The notes under the pieces were generated by a model. It made no database searches. It was not told the origin of the DNA and saw only the letters and a list, made by a program, of their open reading frames with translations. The translations under genes were made by a program, and so were the position numbers. Positions 12,694 to 25,160 of a DNA stretch of 64,000 nt are shown one piece after another. The DNA is from Lytechinus pictus (taxonomy: Eukaryota). The first letter of the stretch is position 1. Every line of letters begins with the position of its first letter. The DNA lies in the NCBI RefSeq assembly GCF_037042905.1, contig NC_087245.1, positions 4,216,001 to 4,280,000 on the forward strand, read 5' to 3'.

Positions 12694-15021
12694 CTGAGAA
12701 TAAAGTAAAGCGTCAACTCCGCTTAATAATACCAATATATATTCCACATGTATAGTTTGTCGTATATCTGTACGAAATGGCGTCCCTTACAACGACATGT
12801 GAAACATATCCCTATCTTTTTTCAGAAAGGTTGTTCCGCATTTACGGTCTATTGGGCGAGATCCAAAATGGTATTATTCATGTTCTTTTATCTACTCGTC
12901 TCCTCTTTATCCGCTAATATCTCCCTCAGTGAGTTTCTTTTATTCTATTTCGTGAGAACGTTTATTCAAACTGTCGCCACCACTGTGTGTTCGGTTAGTC
13001 CTGAAACGACACACACCTTTGGACTAGACTATAGAAGCCCGTATAGAAGTCTCACGACGTCATTATCATCGGTGAATGGAACAAACAGAGTAGAATGCAA
13101 ATGGCTGGGTCTACGAATGATGACAGAAAGGGTGATTCCCCGTTAAGCTTATCTGAAAGATGGTCAATCCTAGGATGAAGATGTGTTCCTCGAGCTAAAA
13201 TCGGAGCATAGTCTGAGATTAATGTTGTTATATGTACGTTTTCCACCACCAACAGAAAGATGTAAACAAAAAAGCGCGTTTTGGTGCACAAATAACTGAC
13301 TATATACCAGTAGGCCTACCGGTATTCTCATTCCTTCGTGTTTTAAGCTAGCATTTGAGGGGAACCAAAGTAACATGAAACACGTTTTTACCCCCCCCCC
13401 CTTTTCCTTAAAAAAACAACGAAAATTTCCCCTTCTTTCATCATAATTTATTATATGAGTATATCCTGCTAGACCCAGGTGAATAGAAACTTGTGAACTA
13501 TAACTATACTAGTGCATGATGGGTCAAAGGTGACACTCCTTTCTTCTTCTCTCTCTTCATGTATGCCTGTCTGTATATGTCACTCCTTCTCTCTCTTCAT
13601 GACCCCCCCCCCCATTCTCCCCCTCCCTCCCTCCCTCTCTCTCTATCTCTCTCTCTCCCTCCCTCGCTTTCTCTGTCATAATTTTACTGAAGAGATCTTG
13701 TTGTTTTCTTCCCATCACATACCCACCCAAGGCTAACTTGAGCTTGTTTTTCGTGTCAGGAGTCGTATTCAAGGTATTCATCAGGGCTTGTCATTTCTAT
13801 TGTTGGTTTGGTTGTATGACTAACAGCCTTATTATCATGACAATAGAAGTCAACCAAAGCTATTCATGGAACGTGTTCGTATTCCCTGCATTCATTGATG
13901 ACAGCTAATGAAAAGTCGATAAAAGTGTATAAAAATGCCTGCTTTGTCGGTCAATTAACAAAGGTTATTATGTCAAGATTTTATTTTCTCTGTTTATGGA
14001 AGCAAACGTCTTTTTAATTTTTTTTTCAAAATAAATCTACACCCATGAATCCCACATCATAAATTAAAACAGAAATCAACAATGAGCACATGCAAATTTT
14101 AATGATACGTAAACACTTTTTTGGGGAGTATGTACTTAGGCTTTTGATATCCAGGCTGCTGAATGAGTGACGTAATATGTTATTCTATATTGTAGCCCAA
14201 CTGAACAGGTCTCTCGTCATCCCAAGATTAGTACAGAATGTCGTGTATTGTCAGTTAAAAATAAAGAACCGTTTAGTATACATGTATGTGGGTAATTATT
14301 ATTTAAAAGCATATATAATTCAATGAAATATGACAATGTTTATGCGGGTAAGTCTTTCAGTGAATAAAAAATATTACATTACTTCTCAAGACAAAATCTT
14401 ATTAAAAGAACATATCGCCATCTCGAAGCATCATAACTGAAAACAACCTGGCCGAGAAAGAAGTTCAAATTTATAAGGCAAAATGTTCAATATGAAGTAC
14501 GCCTATAACAATCAATATACTGAGATACCGTACTGATATGTTCCCTTTTATTGTAATATTCTATGAGATGTCGCTTTATATTCATTATTCCTTTTACCTT
14601 CATTAAAATTTTAAAAAAACTTAGCTAGTTAATGTTTGTATATTTTACGTCAGACAATCTAAACCCCCTCTCCATCAGTACCCAATGGCCCCCATCCAAT
14701 ACGCTCGTGTCATGCAGGGGGGGGGGGGGGCAAACATTTTGAATCAAGTATAAAGTGTGCTCATCTTAGGGGCAGGGGACTCACGTCCCTGATTGGGGGT
14801 AAAGTGGGAGTAGGGGAAAGTACACCCTCCCTCTCAATTCAATCGATCTTTCATCACACCTGGATTGAATACATAGGTGACTTCATCAAACCTTTCAGTA
14901 TTTTGTATGATGAAGTGACGGAGGAATTAGTTTGATCAATTGATTTAATCACAAAACACGCGACATCTTGATACCATACGAGCAAACGTACCGATCGTTG
15001 AATAATGTTTTATTGTGCGTA

Positions 15022-15541
15022 CCGTGCGTCCCACAAAAAATGAAACCCATTTTCAGAGAAATATATTTTAAAATTATTAAATATGTTTTTACTACAAATT
15101 TGATATTTATGGTAAGAGTAGAATCTCATCATTAATATGACCAACATCTTAGCAAATCGTTCGCGCATGGCAGATTAAAAACTATAAATATTGAGGCATG
15201 TCAGAAATGATTTGCGCCGAAAGTCACGTGTGAATCCGAATCCACTCTCATTTCAGGGATCAGTGAGAGAAATTTAAAACAAGTGAGCCACTCGTCGAAT
15301 AAGCACGGTCGTCGCATCACGATCCAATCTTGCTCAACTTTTCTGCGCAACCTGATTTTGACATTAAAATTTCAAACTCGTCTTGTTCATTAATGCGTGA
15401 AGTGTTCATCTCATACTAGTATTAGGTATCAAAATATAAAGCAATAATTGAATTGTATGATGTAAATGAAATATCATAAGTTATTTTTCTTTGAAGAAAA
15501 AAAAGTGGGAATCCCGGTTTCCCTTTTCCTGGAAAATACTG
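15022..15541. mobile_element. TA-flanked Tc1/mariner-like MITE
   Basis: TA|CCGTGCGTCCCA..AAACCC at the left and GGTTTC..GGAAAATACTG|TA at the right. Imperfect TIRs. Confidence 0.45.
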
Positions 15542-15962
15542 TATTTAGTTTTCACCAAGACAATAACAATCAGCACACATGCAGGCAGATATATATAAAT
15601 ATTTCGGTCACTTTCTCTCCAGTTTTATTTTTTACAATATTCATGACGTCAAAACTATTTTATTTCTTACGTTTCTAGAATATTAAACGAACGGATAACA
15701 AAGAGATTGTCTTCTATAGAAGATTCCATATTTCATGCCCAACCCACTGATCTGAATATCATTGGCCCAACCCGCGAACAGTTAACTTGGAAACAACTGT
15801 AGATGGCAGTATCACGATGAAAGTTTACAATATAAAATTTATGTTATAGGAAATCGGCAAATTGTCTTCTTCCTCTTCCTTCCTCCTCTTTTTTTTCTTC
15901 AGTCCTCGTTTTTCTTTTAATTTTCTTGTTTTTCTTGGGGGGGGGATCCATGTCAAACTAAT

Positions 15963-16093
15963 GGCGCAGTCACATTTCCCCTACGGCGGCCGTACAGCGA
16001 GTCGAAACAGCCATTTTATTCATTTTTATTCGAACCACCTATACGTAGCTGGTTAAAAAATTGTTAAAACGGCTGTTTTAGACTCGCAGTATG
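15963..16093. mobile_element. Short MITE (related copy at ~55378-55524)
   Basis: TIR GGCGCAGTCACATTTC / GAAATGTGACTGAGCC. Internal GCGAGTCGAAACAGCC shared with the 55.4-kb copy. Confidence 0.6.
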
Positions 16094-17077
16094 TAGGAGA
16101 AATGTGACTGAGCCATCTAGCACCGGTTAAAATGGCAAAATATAGCACAATATTCCTGATGGGGGCAACCCTTCGATTTGCAGTGAACCTAGAATATTGA
16201 AGCTTATAATCACAAACTAAGTAACTAATCTCTTTTATTTAAATAATCGAATCATAATCTTTTAAGACATTCGTCTCATCATTTTTACCTGCGAATAGAG
16301 TAGGCCCTTCAAAGACTATGTAGACTGTCTTGTAAACTGTAGCATCTCTGTGACCATCCGCGGTCTACCATGTTAGATTTTTATGGGTATGAATTGTTTT
16401 TACCGCCTTTACAAAGTATACTTTTCATTAATTTTTATCCACGTATATACAGTATGCGTTATGTTGTATTCAACTCGATCTAAAGCTTGAAGATCTCGTT
16501 GACGAAGCCATTATATCATAACACATGACCCAACCAACTATATTGTAAAGATAAAATCACATTTATTATGGCAATATGTTTTGTTTTTGTTTATATTATT
16601 ATAGATTCGTTGTAAGTACACATTTTCATAGAGCATGTGTGGATAAAATAAGTAAATTTTGACAATAAGTGATATAGTTTAACATTATAATCAACTTTTT
16701 TTTTACCACATCTGGAATAGTAGAACGAAATATAAATCATTTTAGGTGATTACACAAAATATACAAAAATTACGAACTGATGGTGTCAAATAATGTCAAA
16801 CTGATGTCCTATACCCAGTCCTTATAGCTTTTTTTTCAGAAATAATAAATTTGGGTTTCGGGATAAAGCTTTCAAACTTGATTCCGATGAAGCAGATGAT
16901 GTGGAATTTTCAATGGATTCATGTTAAGGTGCATTGTTCCGGCAAGCATGATATATGCTAGGTCCCGGCTGACAACTATACCAATATGACCTCCAAAGAA
17001 ATGTTAAAACTGACCAAACAATTATCCGTTGGCAAGAAGTTGGTTGTTCTTACTTACCCGAAAAAGAATACCTAAAT

Positions 17078-17927
17078 CTATCCCACTATTTCTGAATCGT
17101 GGCGTGACAATGTACAGTTTTGCTCATTAGCTTCTGAACGTTTGTCAGATGGTTTTTCCGATCTAGCAGTTTTGTTGACTGTTGCATACTCGGGTATTGA
17201 AGAAATTGTATTTTCTTTGCTGACTTCATGACTTGTGTCATCAGGAGTTTCGATCAGGGTTGAACCAATCTCTATTTGTCGTGGAGAACTGGCAGGTTGA
17301 GGCTGGATATCGTGATATGTCGGGCAAGTGTCCGCAATAGGACTGCTTACTTCTGAGTAATGGCTACCGATGGGATCTGATTTTATTTCATAATAGTTTG
17401 GAGATAAAGAATCTGTTTGTAAGTTCAATTTATCTGTAGGGTTGTTAAGACTATTATCAGTCATATTTGAACGTTCTGGTTCATCGCAAAGCTTGTTATC
17501 GGTTGAGAAATAATTCTCGTGTTTATTCGATGTTAGATCAATCTTCATCTGTTGGGATTTAAGGGATGCATGTTGATCATGTGATGTTTCATCTTGGGAA
17601 TGTGATTCCATTTCGAAGACATCATAGTTGTTCATACTTGAGTCTCCTTCTCTCCATGATGGTTTGTAAAGGACATTGTCTATGAGTCCGTGCTGAGGGG
17701 TATCAATCGGCGATTCGAGCTCGTATTGATGTGGCTCCGATCGGACATCATCGGCCGATTCGTACAAAACCGTAACACCATTATCGAGATCACTGCTTTT
17801 AGGAGCAGAATTCTTTACAACTTCGTAGTAATTTGGATCTTCATTGATTAAAACGTTCTTCGTATTATGAACCAAGACATCTGATTTGGGTTTATAGCTT
17901 ATTGTGTCATCTTGCTTCATTGCAGAT
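17078..17927 (-). CDS. Receptor B terminal exon, cytoplasmic tail
   Basis: ORF 17078..17974 with acceptor at 17928-17929. Motifs YYEV, NVLYKP, YYEI, SHYSEV, YHDI, YATV. Confidence 0.88.
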
Positions 17928-20900
17928 CTGAATAAAAACAGAAAAGAAAGAGTATCCCTTTGTGACTTATTCAAACATTAATGAATATTGCTGTTGTTGA
18001 TTTGTGTCAATCTTCTACACAAGCGTTCATATGGGGGTTGGGACTATGGACCCTACCCCTCCCCCCAAAAAATAAATAAATGAAATAAAATGAAGCTTAG
18101 GGAAAAGGTAAAGGAAAGTAAAGTAGAATAGAATAGGGATGAAATTTACTTTTTTTCTGAACATTGTATCAAACTTTTTTTTTTAATTGGTATTAACAAA
18201 GATCAAATTTTTGCTACCTCGTTACGCTTGCTCGCAGTTTTTTTTTAATTGCCTTGCTATAGCCATGCCTGACCCCATAAATTTCTTTGGCCCATAACGC
18301 CACTGAATTACTATATTCAATGTTCAAGTACAGTATAATAATTCTGATCATCCACGGACATCGAAAGTTGGGCCTTTGCGTTATACAAGTAACCACCAAT
18401 ATGATTATTGTTATTATTAAATGAATATATATTTTTTGAATTGCACAATATTCTCCGTCAAAATGGAATATCGGTGTAGATACTTACTGCTTTCTTTTAT
18501 TTTTGATGAAGTACATTGCTAAACAGGCTGCCATCAGTACCACAATGCTAACAACGGTCACTGCGGGTGCTACTACCAAAACTGACATATAGGATTAAAG
18601 GGGGGAAACAAGATGGAATGATTGTCTAATGATCCAGATTGTTGGTAAATTCGGATGTTTTCTAGATATTTAAGAATATATAGAATATATTGACCAATGT
18701 ATTATCATCTCGGAAACGAGGTTATGGGTTTTAATGGATGCACTTGGAAGAAGTTCCTGTGACCCCCTGGTCAAGAGAAAGGGTCATTAAATAATACGTT
18801 GGCCATTAAGGGGTACTCCGGGATAAGAATATGTGTATGTAGATAAATAGAGCAAAATTCACAGAGCAAAATGCCGAAAGTTTCATCAAAATCTGATAAC
18901 AAAAATAGCGGAGTTATTGAATTTTGAAGTTTAGCAATATATTGCGAAAACAGTTTTATACACGTTGTCATGAATATTCATTAGGTGGGCTGATGATGTC
19001 ACGTCCCCACTTTCCTTTTTCCTATGATATTACATTAAATCATAATTGTTTCATTTTTTATTCTGAATCAAATGCGTTCAAGGAAACCTAATTTCCATAA
19101 CACCTAATCACTTTTTTAGTCGCGTTATAACCCAACTCTGTGACGGGCCCCAAAATGATAGAATGAAACATTCCATGATACAATAACAGTTTTAATATTC
19201 GTTATGATTATTAAACAAAGATAAAGAAAATCTACTGAATCCTTACAAAGGCAATGAATTCTTTTTAGTCTTACCAATGATAGAAGATGAGCCCGAGTCA
19301 ATGACCATGGTTACAGTATTCAAGCTCGTGGTATCTGAAATAAGTATCAAGTAGATAAATATTATGAAAAAATAGTAAAATCGAAGTAATGTAGTAAAAT
19401 ACATGTAATCTACCGATTATCAAGACCACTTTAAAAATATGATTAGATTAAGATGTTGATGAATGATAGCGATGACGATTCATATAATTTTGTAATGCGC
19501 CATACCTATCTCCCCCGCCCCCCCCCCCCCAAAAAAAAAAATGAAATGGCTTTCGAGTTATCAGGCGTAAAATGTTAGCAATGACTTTAGGTTTGAAGTC
19601 TACTCTATCAAAATAGATTTATCATTAATGAAGGAAAAGTGGTAAAAGCAGTAATGTTAGTATTATCGATTTACCTGTATGAAGGTGAGGTGTCAACGTC
19701 TTTCTTGTCTGATCTGTTGAAGGGTCACTTGTCATTCTTGGTTGAATCGTAATCATATCTGTATGCAATGTTTACATAATACACAGTATTAAATATGGAT
19801 ACATAAATCAATATTTTAACCTAATGCATTTCCCTGATATTTTTCATCGAAATATTCGAACATCTTTATCAAGTTAAAATAATTAGAGTAATATCCATGG
19901 CCCTGGGAAGCGGGGGTGCTGGGGGTGCTGAAGCACACCCAAGATTTTCTCAGGGGGTGCTGCGTGAGTATTATTTTCCAGAGGAAGCATCCCCTGTAAT
20001 TCTGTGTGTCAAATTGGAGAAATGTATTGAAAATGGTCACCATTTTGCAGTGAAAACTTTTTTTTTTGCTTGTTAAATTTACTTCAGCACCCTAGCATAA
20101 ATGTTTTCCAGGAGGACAAAATGGGTTTGAGAACGTCAAAAGACATAGGTTTCAAACTTGAGGCAAGTTTTAACTGTTTACCCAATATGATTTTTGGGAT
20201 ACTTCTTTTTCTACAAAGTTATGTTTCGAGAAAAACGCTCATTTGGACCCCCCCCCAAAAAAAAAATACATGACACAGGTTGTCGGGAAAAGAAGATGGT
20301 TTCATACCGATACATGCAGGAATTGTACCATTCCATTGAAATATATCAGGACCGCCCACACATTGCAAGGCATCATCGCCCATCAGCTGTTTGCCACCAC
20401 TACAATTCGCCCTCACTATGTCACCAAATCGGTACCTTCCATACACGTTCAGATTGACGTCGGAGATCTCGGGGCAGAATCCTACAGATACTGGAAAAAG
20501 GGTATAAAATGGAAAACCATAGGAGGAAGCAGTATCATCAGTGACGGTATTACCATTGACGATCTGTCAGTAACTCTGATAATGAATCCTCTGTTAATTG
20601 CCAAATTGAGACAGTTTCTCTATTTAATAGCACGGCCCGCTGGTATAACAGTTTTCGAAACTGAAGTGGCTACCCTGGGTAAATATACTTATATTATTAT
20701 TATCATTATTATTAATTATTAAGAATGAGAATACGTCATATTTGTTAATGAAACTTAATTGAATTGTCTTCTAACAATACAATTCGCCCTCACTAAGTCA
20801 CAGAATCAGTATCTCCCTTAATTATTCTAATTGACGCAAGGAATCTTGGGGAACATTGGTTGATTATGTTACGGATTTACATTTCATTGCTTCCCAGATA

Positions 20901-23900
20901 AATGTCAAGAAATTGCAAAAACCATTCCAAGCACTTTCTAAATTTATTCAATTCATGGGTTAAAAGAAGTTTTGATTTTTTTTTCCAAACAAATAAATCT
21001 TTTATGTGAATGCTTACCATTGAATACAATATATGAATCCCTCTGTTTTCTTCCGCAAAACTGTTCTGGATTTCCGGTGCATTTTGTGTTACAGACACGC
21101 TCTTTGGATGAAATCGTGAAGTTGTTCAAGCAGTAACAGGTATCACCCCTTTGAGCAGCAAATGAGGCCGATAGATCCATACATATATCAAGACATTGTT
21201 CATTGGTTAATACTTGACTTGTCTCTGAAATATTGATGTGTGGCAATTCAGAAGAGCGAATCAGAAAGCAACCTAAATATCCAGGTTCTGCAGAAGATCG
21301 GATGGAAAACGGCATTGTTATATAAATTCGAAATTCGAAGATATAGTAATATGAGAACAAAATTGTCAATGTTGGTGGGTGCTTAATAGACAAACTTCAT
21401 AAAGCTGTTCGTAATAAGTTACGAACAACTACGAATGGCTAGTTCCCTTTCTTGAGGTAAATTATGCGCACAAACCTATTCAGTTGTGTTGATTTAGAAA
21501 GAAGGGATCACCAGTCGCTCGTAACTTACGAACAGCTTTATGAAACAAATACCAGTTAAATATGACTTAGAGTCACACTTAAATTCCCAGTTACGTGCGG
21601 TATATTAAAGAGTTAAGTATGACTTAGAGGCACACTTAAATTCCCAGTTGCGTGCGGTATATTAAAACACATCAACGTATTGGATTGCCAAGAGGACGAG
21701 CGCTGTATAATGCGTTCCTCCTGTCCTTTTCTTTCAAAATTTTGAATCTCTTGAGAAAAGAAATGGCAAATTTCATGTCAATGATAATCTTTAATTCATG
21801 TTTATAGAATATGGAATAAGTCAGTTACCAGTTACCTTTGTTCTAATGCACGACCATCTATGAGAATAGAATCACAATAATATTTAATGCTAAAATTCAA
21901 ACTTTGAAATTATACCTACTTTGGCACACAACGCCAGCTGCTTCAATTTCGCTACAGTTGCCCAAGCCATCTGAATCACAATCAGGAACTACTAAAAAAC
22001 AATATCACATTGAAAAAGTAAATCTGTAAAATGAATGTCTCGATGAATGAGATAACAACTAATATTCAAGTCAAGTTTTCATGATGATGAATGTTTTGTG
22101 TAACCAGATTCACTTGCAATAGTTGTATGATGTATTATAATTCAGGATGCTATTTGGATGAAAAGAACAAGACAATAATAGGTGATTTGTTGCATGGGGC
22201 TTATACGACCTGAACACAATTATCAAACTGACTGCTTCTTGGGCGTTGTGACGTTGTGAGCTGACTGACCTTGAAGTGAACATCATTATGGGCTTGGCCA
22301 CACTGCCCCAGTCCTCAGACGACAACGACACTATGGTTATTTCAAGAGCAATTTTGACATTCCCCGAAAATAGAGCCAATCAATATATGTGTCTTTTCAA
22401 ATATATTTATATATTTTTTCTAATTTCTTGCCTCAGTTTATATTTTCTGACCTTAGAGAATTCTAAAGTAAGTAATTTTACTAATTATGAATAAAATTCC
22501 TTACAGACCTTAAATTCTTATTAAGACTTGATATTTATGGAAATCAATAGACATTGTAATGGTGGCCACCGGGGTGGCCAGTTGGGCAACGTACCCTTCA
22601 CCCCCTCCCTTCCCGGTACGTATAGGGATCCCATCCAGACAGATGGAAAAGTGGTCCTGGACCATAATTACATATACTACTTTATATATATTTCAGTCAT
22701 AATGCGGGTCATACTCCCTTGTAAGCATGCATGGTAATAGCAAATGCCGTGGGCATTATCTATCTGATTCATACCCCGGTCCCCGGAGAAGAACATTTTC
22801 TATAGACATCTTTTATCCCTAATTGACAAAGAAAAATACTATTTAGATGTGTTACATCAGCAATATACGACGTTACCTAACGTCCTGTTGTCAATGCTGA
22901 ATATATCTGATTGTAGGCCTCTCCCAAATCTGTTATCATCAGGTAGAAATACTGCATGGCGATATTCAAGCTCTTCACATACCCAGTTAGCTTCATCGAT
23001 TGTCCACCTGTCATTAGATACTACAACACCTCTTAACTCTTCACCATCTTCGTCTATTACTGTCGCCTCCACACGGCCTTCGTTAGGCGAACCACCGTTG
23101 ACCAAGTGAACTACGTAGTGACAAATGAATCGAAAAGGGCTCATAAAACGCAATTTTGTATCAGAATGGAGCTTCGAATCAAAGTTTCGAAGTGACAATC
23201 ACAACGGACATTTCATATTTCTGTTTGTTTTAAACATGGACCTACTACAGTATACTCTAGGTCCATGTTTTAAACAAGGTAACAGCATGGGTAGTAAGGT
23301 ACTGTGAACATTTTTTTCGTTATCAATAATGTTTGATAATATGATCAAGGGAATGATGCTCTGAAGAATAATGGCTAGACATTTAATTACTTTGGAGTGA
23401 AATATTGTTCAATACCAATGCAATCATATCCTCTATTTGAATCAGAATATTTTGTTTTGTACCTTCTACTGATCAATGTAGGATCAATCATGTTATCAAG
23501 GAGGTCATTTCCTCTCACTATCGGACAAGGAAATAAAGACAATGTAAGGCTATAGCTTTCTCTATATTTCATGTATTTAGGGTCGAAGTATATAATTACA
23601 TCAACTCTGTTTAGAATTATTAGTGAATGCGTTGTGGAAAACATATTCTTGAATTATTATACCAGCTGGTAATTTAACATATAATTCATTATGATATAGT
23701 GTCCTATAAAAATAATATGAATCTTGAAATCTTAAAGGATGTTAAGATGATTGAGAAATAAGATTAAAGGGTTGAGACCAAAAATTTAGATTTCTGGCAA
23801 AATTGAAATGTCCAGAATTTTCGGAACGCAAGATTGTAATACAGAATTTTGCGCGCGTACCCAAAAATGTGAAATTTAGAATGTTTATATATATTTTCAT

Positions 23901-24287
23901 ATGCCAAGTTTAATGGTTTTATAATGCTTTCCCATGATCTTTAATAAATGTATTAGCATTGCATATTCCTTCATTATTAGGAGGGGAAATCGATCTGTTT
24001 GCTCCCCAATATTTCCAATAGCTAGCGATCGCCCCTTTCACTCCATGATCGACACAATTGTTCAAAAGACATCAATTAAATCATTGATTCTTTTTCTCTT
24101 CATCGCTTGAATATTTTGTGTTGTAGAAATTCATTCCATGCATTCCAAGACTATACCTCATATCAAAACTGATTTTAAGAAATAATGATCATAATTGATA
24201 CTTACATGATGAAAGGATATAGCAATCTGACCAGGCAAAATAACTTGATACCAGATACATCATTGACACGCAATATGATGACTTCAT
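17078..24287 (-). CDS. Receptor B: signal - SRCR - WSC - CCP/Sushi - mucin-like stalk - TM - Tyr-rich tail, ~642 aa
   Basis: Exons 24206-24287, 22877-23110, 21920-21991, 21018-21287, 20308-20490, 19675-19758, 19275-19334, 18488-18581, 17078-17927. All GT-AG and phase-consistent; total 1929 nt with no internal stop. SRCR motifs LVNGG..EGRVE, WT..EA.WVC..L.Y, FG.G, AGVVC. WSC motifs YLGCF, CLDIC, CYC, C..KC.G....CG. CCP motifs C-P..C..L.G...LQC...W....P.C. Confidence 0.88.
18488..18581 (-). CDS. Receptor B transmembrane exon
   Basis: VLVVAPAVTVVSIVVLMAACLAMYFIKNKRK; AG/GTAAG bounded. Confidence 0.85.
20308..20490 (-). CDS. Receptor B CCP/Sushi exon
   Basis: FCPEISDVNLNVYGRYRFGDIVRANCSGGKQLMGDDALQCVGGPDIFQWNGTIPAC; four Cys plus the conserved Trp. 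Confidence 0.9.
20775..20853 (-). pseudogene. Remnant of a second CCP exon (5' half) in the WSC-CCP intron of receptor B
   Basis: Colinear with the CCP exon. Reads FPKIPCVN*NN*GRY*FCDLVRANC against CPEISDVNLNVYGRYRFGDIVRANC. Shares TACAATTCGCCCTCACTA exactly. Confidence 0.8.
21018..21287 (-). CDS. Receptor B WSC domain exon
   Basis: PGYLGCF...CLDIC...FAAQRGDTCYC...CNTKCTGNPEQFCG...YIVF; 8-Cys WSC pattern. Confidence 0.9.
21395..21546. mobile_element. Small inverted-repeat element
   Basis: TTCATAAAGCTGTTCGTAA ... TTACGAACAGCTTTATGAA. Confidence 0.6.
21554..21666. repeat. Tandem duplication of ~57 bp
   Basis: GTTAA(A/G)TATGACTTAGAG.CACACTTAAATTCCCAGTT.CGTGCGGTATATTAAA occurs twice. Confidence 0.85.
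22877..23110 (-). CDS. Receptor B SRCR exon 1 (domain completed by exon 21920-21991)
   Basis: HLVNGGSPNEGRVE...WTIDEANWVCEELEY..A...FGRG. Confidence 0.9.
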
Positions 24288-24600
24288 GGTTATAATTTTT
24301 CCGAACAAGTAGGCTTCTAATTAATGTTCTCAATAATAATTTCACCCATCGATACATTCTCTGCTCAGAAACCGACGATATACATGCATGTACTTCAGAA
24401 ACACGTCAATTTATGACGAATTGTTTCTGTGTAGTGTACGAACATTTCCTTGTATGAACATACAGCACTTTTGATCACTGACTAAAATCTAAGAAATAAT
24501 GCGGATTGTCCACAATTCAAACGGAGAGAAGATTTCATTCAAGGAAGACCAACGAGATAATGCGCTTATCTTTTTTTTTAGTCTTTCTCCTCTGCAGAGG

Positions 24601-24745
24601 TAGCCTCTTGTCGAGGCCCTGTCGGCTGCTTTCCGAGCGAACATGGCAAAGCAAGGGAGAGAGCGCCAGGCCTAATTCGCTTCGCGAATTAGGGAATCCC
24701 TCGCTTCGCTCGGGAAGCAGCCGCCAGGGCCTCGACAAGAGGCTA
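24601..24745. mobile_element. 145-bp MITE with a 9-bp TSD
   Basis: TIR TAGCCTCTTGTCGAGGCCCTG / CAGGGCCTCGACAAGAGGCTA. Perfect TSD CTGCAGAGG on both sides. Confidence 0.9.
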
Positions 24746-24964
24746 CTGCAGAGGCGGATCCAGGGGGCGATAGAGGGCGAAACGTCTGCGACTCCGCGCC
24801 TCTTCTATAATGGCGGTGGGGGAAAAGGGGGAAAATAATAACAAAATGATGAAGAATATTTAGGGAGAAGGAAAAGGGGAATAAGGAGGGAGAAGGAAAA
24901 GGGGAATAAGGATGAAGAAGAGGATAATAAGAAGAAGAGGAGGAGGAGGATTGTTGGTTCGATT

Positions 24965-25160
24965 ACAGGCCATGGCGTTTTCCTTCAGCAAGAAATTTAC
25001 CCACATTGTGCTGCACTCAACCCAGTACCGGTTGGAAGTCATTCCGTAAGAAGCTGTGAGCACCGGAATCGATAGACTAGCGTAGCCGGGGTAATATAGG
25101 AGCGCTTTGAGCACCTAACAAGTTAGATACGTGAGCTATACAAATCCTACATTATTTATC
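24965..25160 (+). mobile_element. SINE/LINE-tail-like fragment (related inverted pieces at ~37470-37627 and ~38017-38148)
   Basis: Shared motifs CACATTGTGCTGCACTCAACCCAG and GCCGGGGTAAT..AGCGCTTTG..CACCTAACAAG, followed by an ATT-type tail. Confidence 0.55.

Noticed and set aside
20243-20722. 159-aa plus-strand ORF with a similar ORF at 31695..31937
   Set aside because: Antisense shadow of the conserved CCP exons.
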